NCBI GenBank assembly: GCA_028534125.1
Contig: CM052816.1
Coordinates: forward strand, 79,300,001-79,364,000
Reading direction: 5' to 3'
Origin: Lama glama
Taxonomy: Eukaryota
DNA: 64,000 nt
Below are positions 23,447 to 36,049 of the stretch, in pieces (the first letter of the stretch is position 1; every line of letters starts with the position of its first letter). Position numbers and translations under genes: made by a program. The notes beneath the pieces were generated by a model, which did no database searches, was not told the DNA's origin, and worked only from the letters and a program-made list of their open reading frames with translations.

Positions 23447-25267
23447 TTATATTTACTTTAAAAAAAGTATATAACTATCTCCCTCCTCCTCTCCCTCCCT
23501 TTCTTCTCCCTTCCTTCTTATTCCCAGCGTACATTGAAAACCGTTGTGTCATACCATACTCTGAAAATAGACAAATGTACCAGATGACATTTTTAGCCCC
23601 AACAGTTTTGAGAGTTAATCTTCTAAGAAACACACATGTCAAGTTATAGCTGATACTTATAACTTGTTTTTAACTTTTAGTTGAAATGCAAAGTCTGATT
23701 ACGTGATTGGAGCCAAGAATGTATTACAGTTAACATGAATAGTAAGGTCCCTTCTGAAAGGGATATGAGTGGTTGATAAGTTTTCACCTATTCAAAGGCC
23801 CCCAAACACTTTTAATTTTGACCTGCTTCTAGTCACCCTAGTTTAGGATTAAAGCAAATCACATTTCATACTTGAATTTTTATACCTCTTTCTATTTTAT
23901 ATGTAAAAATTAGTGTGGACAAAATGAAGAGTAAAATCAGCTTTGAAGAAGGAAATATGCAATAAAAAGACACTGTGAAGCCCTCACAATGGGGAAGAGG
24001 GTGGAATCTGCCTGACTAAAGGACTGAAGGGATTTCCTTTGGTGGCTCTGTAAAATTGAGATTTTTCTGCACCTGTTGATGGCCATTTTGGGGGTACCTG
24101 CTGCTTCCTGCCCAAATGCTGCTAACCTGAGTTGGTGTCCATCCACTGCTGTAGTGTGTGCCTTTATATCTTGGAGGTGTAGCTCCACTCAAGCTGATTA
24201 GATGAGCTGATACACACCAGGGGAGGGGTCTATCCAGGGACACACAGTTACACCTGTTTCACCCACTGGGCTTAGCAAGGAGTCTTCAGACTTAGCAAAG
24301 TAACTCTCTTTTAACTAATGAGATCTAATGTGCTTTTCTGGAAACACTGAATTTTTAAAAAATAAGTGAAATACAACCATTGTGAAAGTAGAACTGTGCT
24401 AGTACTAGACAAATGTTAGTTGATTATTCTCTAGAGGAAAGTAATGATTTTCCAGTAAGTAGGAGTTGTTGGAAGATAAACCTCTTTATGAGAGGCAATT
24501 TAGTTCAGTGGGAAGGGAGGGGCAGCCCTTTGAACCCGGAGAGTCCTGAATGATACAGGACCATAGGCAGATTCTCAATTGCCCTGTGACTCAGTATCCT
24601 GACTTACAGAATAGAGATACAATCCTACATGATTTGTCTGAATTATTTGTGCTATCAATGGATGGAATTCATTGATGAAAATCTACATGCAGAAAGATTC
24701 TGAAATTTAAAAAAGCCTGGTGCTACAGCACCATGATAATAAAATATGAAGGAAATAAAGAATCTGTGTGCAGAAAATAACTATACTCTTACATGTGAAC
24801 AGATTAATTAATCCATTAAGCAAGTATGGGTTAACAAAGGTTCTGCTCGTGGTCTCCAAAACATTGAGGAAAAAGGCAAATACAAAAGGGAAATTCTCTA
24901 CTCCCTGGTCTCCCTTCACAGACTAGTGGGGGAGACAGAAACACACACTCATAATCCTAGTACAAAACTTAAACTAGAAGTATGCACGAAGGCTGTCTTT
25001 CAATTGCCAGATGGAGTAATACTCAAATTTATCAACCTGCCGGCCAGGGGCAGGGGAGGGCAGGAATGAGGATCACTGCACTCCCAAAGGGTTAGACACT
25101 TTTCTTCTCTGTTTAGTTCAGATCCATTTTGTGGAAAGCAAGGGCTTGTTTTAATGCCACACAGTGCCAGAGGGCTGTTTTACTTATGGATAGGTGATCG
25201 CCATCCTGGTCAATCTTAACCTTCCCCCCTCCGCCCCTACTCTTTTCATAATAATTACTTTCCCTAC

Positions 25268-25497
25268 CTTTAGGTGCTATATCTAAGAACTGATTGCGAA
25301 GGCTGTCAAGTTGTTCAATGGTCAGGGTGCCATTTTCCTCTTTTTCTACAGGTGCAGGGCGCACGGGAGGAGGCGGATCTGGAAAGACTTTTAAATCGCC
25401 CTTAATGAAGAAGTCTTCTTGGCCTAAATAAAGTTCACTCTGAATTTTGGTAGATGTTTCAATGTGATAGCGAGCCACCTCCGTCAATTTTTCCACG
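25268..25497 (-). CDS. SPEF2: SPEF2 coding exon: (S)VEKLTEVARYHIETSTKIQSELYL...PDPPPPVRPAPVEKEENGTLTIEQLDSLRNQFLDIAPK(G); last exon before the transposase-containing intron
   Basis: Within ORF 25113..25496; acceptor tttcag|, donor AAG|gtaggg; 230 bp, phase 2 to 1. Confidence 0.95.
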
Positions 25498-28140
25498 CTG
25501 AAAGTGGAAAAATGAATAGGGTTATCCCCATTAAAGATACTATCATATTAAGAGTGTTTGCTTATTAGACACACACATTCCATAGCTCAGTTAGTTAATT
25601 CAAGCCGCATGTTTAAAAATTCTAATTTCTCTTCAAACCTATTTGTAAAAAGGCAGGGTATAAATAAATACATGTAGATTAGAAGCAGAATACATGCTTG
25701 TTACAGGGCTAATAGTCACACATTTTAATACAAATTTGAACAAAAAGAGATTCCATTAAATTTTTTTTTTAGTATTAGAATGTATTTTGCTGATAAGCAA
25801 GATTATGTCAAGAGATAAACTTCATTCTAAGTATGAACCAGAATCACGTTATATGGCAGACAAACCTGTAAAACAGGATTGTTAGAATAACACATTTCTT
25901 TGGAATCGGGACAAATTACATGTAAAGTGAATCAAATTTGGCAACGGTTTTCTAGAAAAGTGGCTTTTCTCTAACTTTGTATCAAGGAGTTTGATGTTAT
26001 CTAAGATACACTTGACAGAAGAGACTCTGACGAGATAATCCACTGAAACTCCTATGCCATCTTCTCGGAGAACAGCAACTCCTGGCTAAACACGTGGTCT
26101 CAGCAGCCATAGTTAGGAACCACCGCGGGGCAGGGGGCGGAGCCCTGGAAGCTGAGTTCTCATTCCAGACCCGTCTCCAGCCATGGGTCCTTGGGTAAGT
26201 TACTCGAGCTCTCAGACTTCTTCATCTTCACAATGGAGCCAGGAACTACACAACTCCATACCTTATGGTTATTCACGTAGGGCGTGGATTTAGGCTGTAC
26301 TGAGGATTATAGTCATGGCCCTAATTAAAGGTCACTTTAAAAGCCAGAGAAGTTTTCTACAGGAATAAGTACAGTATCACTGTAGTACAGAAAGTCTTGT
26401 TTATATCTTGCAATAAAGATTGAACATGGCAGAAAAATGCATATTGAATCTGCTCTTATGTAACTCAGGAACACAAAAAATATTCATATACTGAAAAATT
26501 TAAAAAATAACATTAATGCTTTCCTTCAAAAGAGAATCTTGAATTCAACTCCAGCATGCTGTATTCGTGAGTGTCCGTAGAGTATGTATTATCTAGGTAG
26601 TTTATGCTCGATGGTATTTGTGTGCTGGGGCCAGAGGAGAAGGCACTAGGTAGCTATTGAATTCACAACCCTGAGTGAGGAGGGGCTCCACTCTCAGAGA
26701 CCCAGACATGACCAGAGTAACAAAATAAGTGCGCCATCTAGTGGAAGGTCACAGAGAGTAAACTTCTCAAAAAGGGAGCGGCAAGGCAGGGCTGGGGGTT
26801 GGTAAAAATGCCAGGAAAATGAAAAGTAAGATTTGAAGTTCAAAGGGATCTGATAGATCTCCCTATTCTTTTTTCTCTTGTCACTGGAGAATTTTTGCAA
26901 GAACCAAAATAGAAAGCATGGCTGTACTGCCTTAGGTTTTAACTCCTTGTGGCCACATTCAGACGTCAGAGAGATATATACACACAAAATAAGTGTGAGA
27001 AATAGGAGTATATCTGATAAAAATAAAAAGCATTTATGCTTGATGGCCACAAGGATGGGCACTGTGAACCCTAAGAATGAAAAAGACATGTTTTCATTTG
27101 TAAGTAGCAGGCAGAGAACAGAACTGAACATCACTGCTCTGTGATGCTGTTAAGCAACTGATGGCAATCCAGAGGCAAATTATTTTAAGCGTTACTGCAG
27201 TGAGGTTACCAGGCTGAAGGGTGTGCGTGCACGCATGCATGCGTGCGTGCGTGTGCATTTCACTACAGAGCCACAGATACAGACAACAAGCTGAGGAATT
27301 TACAGTAGGACTTTCATTATGAGACAAGGACTGGAGAAAACAAACCATAGCAACCATCTTCTAGCTGGCCGTGGTTGCTTCTGAGAATACTTGCCGTCTG
27401 TAGGAAGTAACTTCCAAATTTCCAGTAAATGTTTATTGCAAACTGTGGTGTATCACAGAATCTAGATCTAGTAGAAACCTCTAGAGTAGCCTGGTTAGAG
27501 TGTTCTCTTTTATAGATGAAGTCCATGGGGCCTGAAGCAATTAGGCATGCTGTAACTTACTGACAAGGAAAGATTCCCTGTTTCCTGGACCATCAGGTCT
27601 CCTGACTCTCTGTTGACGGCTATTTCTGCTCAGCTGCGCTGCCTCTTTATGCCTTTCAAGGGAGAGTTAAGACTCTCACTAGCAGTGAGAGTCTGGGGAG
27701 CCTTTGGAACCCAACAGAAAAGCAGAACTATCACATGGGAATCGGCTAAGCTGATAAAACATTCCAGTGAACGACTTCTTCATTGCCCACTAATTGGCTC
27801 TGAGTAATAATAAGTCTGGCATTAGAAAGACAGGAAACATTATACTACTTCTAAAAAAATTTTTCTAATGACTTATAATCTTACTTTGTAAACTAAGGTC
27901 CTCACTGAGCAGTGTGAAAACCAAACTCATATATAATGTGCAAAATCGGATGCTTCAATAGCCCCCTTTGATGCGTGATTTACTGTTAAAGAGTCAACAC
28001 CAGTGTGTATGTGATTTCCTAAAGGGTCAAAATTTCTCTTTGTGAATGTAATTCACATTTGTAAACACCTTAAAAATCTGTCAGATTTTGGTCTTCAGGA
28101 ATTAACAAAGGGTATTTTTAAAAAGTCACGCGTACTTTAC

Positions 28141-28279
28141 CTGGCCATTTCATTCAAGTACCTCTCACCGAGCCACTTTTCTGTGAGTTTATATACATCA
28201 ACCGCCTTTGTGACTAAGTCTTCCAGGGAAGCCAGGGCTTTGTTCTTTATCAGTTCAAGTCGAAATTGGGTGGCTCTCT
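28141..28279 (-). CDS. SPEF2: SPEF2 coding exon: (E)RATQFRLELIKNKALASLEDLVTKAVDVYKLTEKWLGERYLNEMA(S)
   Basis: Hand translation; acceptor taaacag|, donor CAG|gtaaag; 139 bp, phase 1 to 2. Confidence 0.93.
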
Positions 28280-30261
28280 CTGTTTAAAGAGAGAAATAAG
28301 GATGTTTTCATGTATTATATGCTGTGCATTTTCTGATGAAACAAATTCAATTTTAAGCCAATTATGCTTTAGTTTTATTTATGCACACATTATACCAATA
28401 TGGATAACTGATCCCTCATCCAGCTCAGAAGCAAAACAATGTGTGGCAGAGGTGCTGACAGTTTATTTAAAACAAAACTGTAATTCAGCTTTATAAGTGT
28501 TGCACTTTATAGTAATATCCCCTTTGATGAATTGGAATAGGAAAACACAACAGTTTCCGAATTTTGAAAAGGGGAGGGTACTAAGTCTCTGGATCTCCCT
28601 TCTTAGAACCTTGGGAAGGCGGTGCCATCGTATTTCTCAGCGCTGGTGAAAGGCGATGAAGCCTGTGGTTCCAGGGCTCATTGCTATTCTGGGCACACAA
28701 TGAGGTCTGCAGATTTTACCTTTGAAGTATCTGCCCAGTCTTTCTTCTTTGTTTTTCCTGTCGCCACGTTTGGGTACCTGCTTAGCTCTCACCTCAACTA
28801 CAGCAATCACCTCCATCCTGCTTTCTCTAGCCTCCCTTCTCCCCCCCTCAAATCTGAATCCACTTCCACAGCCCCCAGAGTAACCTGTCTCACCTGCACA
28901 TCACAGATCACAGTCGCTTTCTGCTCAGAATTCTTCGCTTACTCCCAGTTGCCATAGGAGAAATGTAACTTTCTTGGCAGGGCTTCTGTGTCCCTCTGTC
29001 TCCCTAATCATTCATTCCCAGAAGATGCCTCAGGCTCCCAAGCCACTCACTGCTGGCCTCCTAGTTCTCCGCCCCTGCTCTCGATCTGTCCCCCACACAT
29101 ATTTCCCCACATTCCTCCAGTTCAACCAAAGCAGGAATCCACCTGCTAGGCAGTCTTTCTGGACTCCCCTGGGCTCCCTCCATCCTGTATATCGGATGTC
29201 TCCGATATCACAAAATATGATAAGTGATTGCTTGCATTTCTCTTCCTGTGGATTGGGTTTTCTTTTTATTTGTTTGTTCATGTTGTGTTTGGGTATATAT
29301 GTTTCTGTTAATAGGCCTGGGAACAACAGAAACTCAGTAGACGTTCATTGTGTGAACGAGTGAATTTAGCCACACTAGGGATCATGTGCAGAATGAACTG
29401 AAGGATGAAGGACACGTCACTAGGGAAAGCAGATGTGGGGACAGGCAGCGGGAGAGAAGCAAGTGCCCTGATTCCCACATTTAATATCCTTCAGATTTTA
29501 CTGATTCTTGGGACTCTGAAAGCAGATGGTGGTAGGATGAGGGGAGGGGAGAAAGGGAGAGAAGCCAGAGATGGGACACATCCTCAGTGTGTCACTGAGT
29601 AGTTCCTGTGACCCAGCGTGGTACCCAGTGCTGCTTTTTTATGGTTCTGTCATCTAGTCTTTTGACTATGGTCTCTCTTCAATTAGGAGACTTTGGCTTC
29701 GTTTCCTGATCTTTTCAAATTCCATTTGGAATTGTATTACAGGAACTGGAAAAGCCAGAGGAAGACTGTCTTGTAAAATTGTTGCTCTCTGTTGAGAGGG
29801 AGGCCCTTAATCAGTGACTGGCTCTTTCACAGCCTCCAAGATCTCACTTTCAGAACCTATTAACCTTTAGTTGGGGTTTATTTTCCTAATGAGAGGCCTA
29901 AATTTTTCTTCTTATAACATAGAAAGAACCACCTCCTTCGGTAGCCCTAAGCCTGCTTTTAGTCTATAAAGTCACACCAACCCTAAAATATTCCTTTTGT
30001 TCCTAATCTTTGAGATTTGAGTCACTGCTGGGGCTGTCCTAAGCTCTTCCCAAATTCCCTTTTTGAGATCCCAGCAGACAGTCACACAATGGTCAGATCT
30101 AGTCTTCACATGGTCACGTGAAAACCACCAAACCAAGAGTAGGACCTTTCTGTCGGCTGGCTTTGTGTCCTCATAGACACACTTTGAGCTGGTCGTGGGC
30201 TGTCTGCCTAATGGTCTGTTTCCTACTGCAAAGTACCATCTTCTTCCTTTCTAATTGCTAC

Positions 30262-30390
30262 CTTCGAATTGCAGGGCAGTGAGATGTTCTTCCTTTATTC
30301 TGAGACTCAGTTCGTTTTTTAATTCCACTTCAGCAGTCACCTCTACTGGTACCACCACAGGAGCAGCTTCTGCCGTGAGTGAGGATTTAC
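30262..30390 (-). CDS. SPEF2: SPEF2 coding exon: (G)KSSLTAEAAPVVVPVEVTAEVELKNELSLRIKEEHLTALQFE(E)
   Basis: Within ORF 30251..30544; acceptor ttttcag|, donor AAG|gtagca; 129 bp, phase 1 to 1. Confidence 0.92.
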
Positions 30391-32194
30391 CTGAAAAAGC
30401 AGTGAAATGTGCTGAGTTACCTGGATAAAATGAGTACAAAGTGGAGTGTATAGCATACACCTTCAGTGATTTGGAAAGGAGAGACCCTGGTCCAGACAGC
30501 ATGAGTGATGTAATATTGATCGTCTTTCCTTGAGTTGTTTCCATGTGCTATCTTGCTGGACACATATAAAAACACCACATTCATGTAGCATCATGGAAAA
30601 ATGAGGCATGTGGCTAGCACAAACATGGTTACAGACTCCAAAGAGGGTGCAACTCAGAGTTTGGGGACAGAAATTAGCAAACCTCAAAATAGCCACCTGG
30701 AGAAGTACCACTCCACCAGGGATACTTGTGTTGGCCAAGTGCTTCCCGGGTCCTCATGAAGTTAAGAACAGAGAACAACCTCAAGCAGATATGTCTGAAA
30801 CGTAGCTGATGGTCAAGAATTCATAATGTACTTCAATATCTTTTAATTAGCACTTAACTACAGGTACTTCAGTGCATACATAAGAGAATTCGAAAATGAG
30901 ATTCTATCAGTGTTTGTCTGAGAATCTGCCCGTAAGAGATGACAGTGCGATTCTAGCTGCAGGCCCCACCTATATGATTCTACTTAGTTCAATACATCTT
31001 TCTTGAAGATCTGACCTCAAGAGTTTCAAATTTTCAGGAGAAGACACATGTCAATGGAGATACTGTAATAAGGTGTCTTAATTGCAGTAGTGGATGTAAG
31101 TGTAAGTTACAGATGAAACAGTCCTTAATCTCTCTGGCTTCCTGTTTTAATGTCTGTAAAATTAAGAGATTGGACTCAACCAATTATACCATTGAAGTAA
31201 ATGGAAGCATTGCCTTCAAATGCAGCTTATTTCCTTTATGTTTACCGTCTGAGATGAACTAAAGTCGCGTGCTCTTTATTGTGGTGTCACTCTTTCCTTG
31301 GCTTCAGAGGTCACCACCTCCCCACCCCCGAGCCTCAGGGTTTTGTCCTAAGTCCTACTGCGGCTGCTCGATCAGACTCCACCTGGGAAGCATTTCCCTT
31401 CCCCCTGGATGGACAAGGTGACGCGCTCTCCAGGGACTTGTACCTCCCCCACTAAAGAACAGTGCTCGGTCAGCTGTCTGTCTCGGCCTCTGAACTACAG
31501 CTCTATCAGGGCCGGACCAACTGGTCCTTAGCACCCATCATGGTGTTCACCATGGTGGGTGCCAACAAACACACCATGAGCGACTGATTCGTGGACTGAC
31601 TTTTGCTCACGTGCTTCCATCTCTTCCTCTCTTGTCTCAAATCACTTCCAAAATGTGCAGGTGGAAACATTCAGAGGGGAGGGTACTGTATGTGGCAGAG
31701 CTTATCCCTAAGGTTCACTGGAGGTTGCTCTCAACCTGAGTTTTCTTTCCTCTTCCTGGTCCACGTTGCCTCTGAGGCAGAGTTTTAGGCAGGAGGCCTC
31801 CAGGATGGAAGGACTTGCTGGAATTAAACCTAAAACTTACACATGTAGAGATAGTTTGTAACCCTCTCTTGGTTAAGGCAGCCAGCGTCAACCCCCTTGC
31901 CCACACTTTTCAGATCTCAGTGTCATCTTGGAGTTCTTTTCACATGTCCAAGACTGTCTTTGAGGTTTATCTTACCCTGGACCCACTTGGCTATGTGGGT
32001 AAACAAGTTAGAAGGGGCTGCGCGCAGTGTGGTTCGCCAGCTAACACTAGGGCTCACAGAAGCCTGAGTGTCTAAGTAAAACCTAGTGAGCAGTATTCCA
32101 GGAGCTCAGAGGCCCCTGTGCCTGGTTAAATGCCTATTTTTCACCAAGGAGCATTTTAAGCAGTCAGAGTTCTGGATGCTAAAACCATGAATAC

Positions 32195-32345
32195 CTTTTC
32201 CTTTTTTGTCCTCTTTTTTTTTCTGGGGTGGCGGCTCCTTTTTCACTTTTTTATTTGCAGCCACCAGCAGAGGTTTTTCTTTTGTGTCTACTGTCTGGTT
32301 TTCTTTTTCTTCTTCCATGAGCCTCTGCTGAATTTCAGCAGCCAC
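32195..32345 (-). CDS. SPEF2: SPEF2 coding exon: VAAEIQQRLMEEEKENQTVDTKEKPLLVAANKKVKKEPPPQKKKEDKKGK(G)
   Basis: Within ORF 32106..32459; acceptor aaccag|, donor AAG|gtattc; 151 bp, phase 0 to 1. Confidence 0.93.
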
Positions 32346-35300
32346 CTGGTTGTAGCAGAGCAATATTTCAGTTAATGCAACATTTATGAAAGATGGTAAC
32401 CATTTGGATTGAACCAGCACCCAATTGCCTGGAAACCTTTGTCCATTGCAAATAACCATGCCATGTGCTCAATCTTTACAGAACACCGTTTGATGTGTTA
32501 CTTAAATGGAAGCCCATCCCTGTCCCAGAATGTGGCCTCCCTGAGTTCCATCTGGGTTGAGGCCACTCACTTTCTCAAGCCGTCCTAGAATGCACCTTTA
32601 CACTTCCTCCTGCCATCCCATCTGCGACAGCTCCCCAGTGATGCAAAAATGTCTTTCTTTTTAATGTCAGAGCCTATGGATTTAACACCCACTATTCTTC
32701 CAAGTTCCTGTTATCTCAGTCTTCAGTCTGGGGCATTCCCCTCTATCAGGGTTTCACAATCTTTTTTTGTTTCTTTCATTATTGATTGTTGTAAGTCAGT
32801 TTCGCCTAATCACATTCCCCTCCATGAAATTTTAATACTGCGGAAGTGTATCTGTTTATGTATTTTATGTATGTCTGTGATTTGTACATAAGACGGGTGA
32901 GAATTTTTCACACCCTGTAACCAAGTGTTAGGAGTGCACGCCCTGTATTAATCGGGCTCACAGACATTTGAATCGAGCTTCTGTTCTGTTCTGACATCAC
33001 CCCAGGAAGGTGCAATGTTCGTGAAGATGACCTATCCCACAGGCTAACCTCATCGCTCGTTCTTAGCTTCCTCTACTTGGGGGCTTTCAGCCTCTCTCCA
33101 TCTCAGCCATTCCTCCTCTGATGCTCAGAGGTTTCCTGGTATAAGATTAGTCATGTGGTCACCACACAACAGCTGGTGAATGGGGAGGGGTGGGGCCCTG
33201 CAGGGGTCCCTTTGTCTCTCCTGAGGCTGGGCCTGCACAGCAGGCAGCCAAAAGGCCTTGTCTCAGGGATTGTACAGCTGGGACCATGCCTGCAGTTAGA
33301 AAGGCTGGACCTACTGAAATAAATCCAACTGCCCCTGGAGAGGTGAGGGGAATTGGTCGGTGTGAACTTGAGAAATGAGAGTCAAGACTCCCACAAGGAA
33401 GAAAGAAGACTCGCACAACACCGTGGGGGCGACTAGCAGTATATGGTGGAAAACTTAAAAATCTCAATGAAACAGCTGGTGAGGAAATGGAGGCCCATGG
33501 AAGTTTATTTGTTTACTGAAGTACTTGCTGTATCCAAGCCTGCTGTTATTTCTGGGGATAACTGGATAAGGGGCCTGGAGGAGAAAGAGGAAGTGAGACA
33601 GAGTGACTAGAAAGATGAATGAGGCACAATCTCTGCTCTCAAAGAAGCTTACAGTCTTGTGGGAGAGATAGACTAGCCAATACCCGCCCTCTCCAGATTC
33701 CTGCCAAACTCCATACTCCATGATCAGCATGGAACTGTCCCCAACTGTTCTAGGAATGTTTAAGTCTCATCTCCAATCTCCAGATGGACGGAGAGCTCCT
33801 GAGAGCTGAGCCAGCCCTGCTTCTTGGTATTCTCCACCTGTGCTCTGCTCAGAGAAGAGGCTTGGGAAATGTTTATTAATTGATGGAATTTGTTTTAAAA
33901 TAACCATATGCCATAGAATACACTACAGCGTCTTCAGTATCAGCAGAGCCTTGGAGGGATGCAGAAAGGTTTCAGAGAGCAAGCCAGTTTTTGTGTGTGT
34001 GTGTGTGTGTTTTAATCAGATGCTCTTTGGATAAAAACGGATTTCACGATGTATACCATACTTTCAAATTCTTCGTAAAGCTGAAAGCAGACTTGTTAAC
34101 ATTCCCCTCGAAATTGCAAGCAATTCATTTTTGAATCTGTTCTTGCAAAGCACGGTAAGATAGCAATTTCCTTTAAAATTGGATTTTTCTTCTTTGTAAA
34201 CAGCCTTGTGGTGGTGATGATGATGATGATGATGATAACTATCATCATCCACATTTTTCTGGTCCACTTCCCTCAAACACCTTTGGATTTCTTTCAAAAA
34301 TTAGCATAATTCACAGTACATCCAACAATCTAGCTTGTAAGGCTAACGAAGCTCTAGAAATGATGCTTTAGACATTGTAGGTGTTAAACATGACTTGTTT
34401 CTTTGAAATCATTGTGTACCTGCTAATTAGAAGAAAGTTTTGCTAAAAATTAACATAACATACTAAATGGTAAAACTGCTGTGTAGAAAATGGCCCATGT
34501 TAAAATGTTCTCAATTGCCCTGATCTCAGCTGGTTCTGTTCTCCTTGCAACAATTTACTGAATCAGGCCAGTCTCATTTGAAACTTAAAAGTTCCCCCAA
34601 GGTCCTATAATATCAAAGTCATAAAAGTCTGTTAGAAACATAAAAGCAGATTCAAGTGTAATTATTACAAATATTAAATACTAAACAATCCTTCCTCCTG
34701 TGCATGTTTCTCTTGGTTTTTTAGAAGTTCACAAGCTAAGTGGTACAGTTTGAATACATTTCTTAACATAATGATCTATTATATTTAGTTTCTAAAACTT
34801 TCATGAACATTATTTCATTGGATCTTTTCAACTATTCCAGAAAGGAAAGAGAGGTAGAATGTCTCCCATGTTACAGACAAGGAATCAAAGAGTCAGAGAA
34901 GTTAAGTGATTTCCCTAAAATCACACAGCTTAATCAAGAGGTGTAGCCAGTGCTCTTTGTGCTGTATAATTTTCTCTTTCTAATAATGTAAGATTTAAAA
35001 TCTCCTTTCCTCAAGTAATTTTAATGGGATTCATAAGACTTATAAATAATGTTTATGCTGTTTAATAAGAATATTCATCTTTTTTTTTTTTTTAGTACTT
35101 TACTTGTACATCTGGTTTCCTACTCTCTGGTGCTTGGCAGTTGTGGGCTTTGTGATGATCATCATTGCCACTGCCATCATCATTGATGTGAACATCGGTG
35201 TCACCAGTATAGCAGCAGCAGCAGCGTCTCAAGAATGTACTGAGGACTCAGTATTATGTTAGGAGTGGGCATTATGCTAGGTGTAGTGTAATCAGAAAGT

Positions 35301-36049
35301 TTTAGACTCTAGCTAAGTATTCAGGAAAACACTAATGAGATAGAAATGACAAACAATACCCTAGATACTAAGAGCCAAGAGTGGGAGAGACAGTAACCAC
35401 TACGAGCACTGGAAGAGCATGTGATCATAGAGGGCTCGGGTTTCAGGACACAGGCAACAAACCGGTCAGGAATCAAGGGAGGAGCTAGTTCTAAAGATTT
35501 CAAGAAAGTAGAGGATTTAAGTAAATGAAAGGAGGAGCATATTTTAAGAAAGAAACATGACATTACCAAGGTATTGAAATTGGTAATGCCCATGGAATGA
35601 GCAGAAGGCAATATCTAGTCAGTCTACAGAGCATTTGCTGAGATGGTACCAACTAAGACACAGAGTTCTGAGCCTCTAGGTGGAGGGTTTGAGGCTCTAC
35701 CATGGCTTCTGGAGGTCATCACACTACCCCATCTTCCTCTCAGGTCAAGAATGGGAAATCATTTCTGCATTCTTATAAGCATGATATGCTTTAGAAAAAA
35801 CAATCAATCAATCAATCCTTTTCCTTTATCTGAACTATTTTGTCCTTTTAAATTTTATGTAGCTGTGGAGATATTTGAGGTATAAATCTAGTCTCTTATT
35901 TTGTGACTCTTATTTGTATTGCTTATCCTGAATCTTTTTTACCCTCCTTTCTTTTCTTATTTTGGATTGAATATTTTAAATTATTTTGTTTTTCCTATAT
36001 TAATTTGGAAGCAACATACATTACACTTAGTGTTAACTCTAGAGATAAT

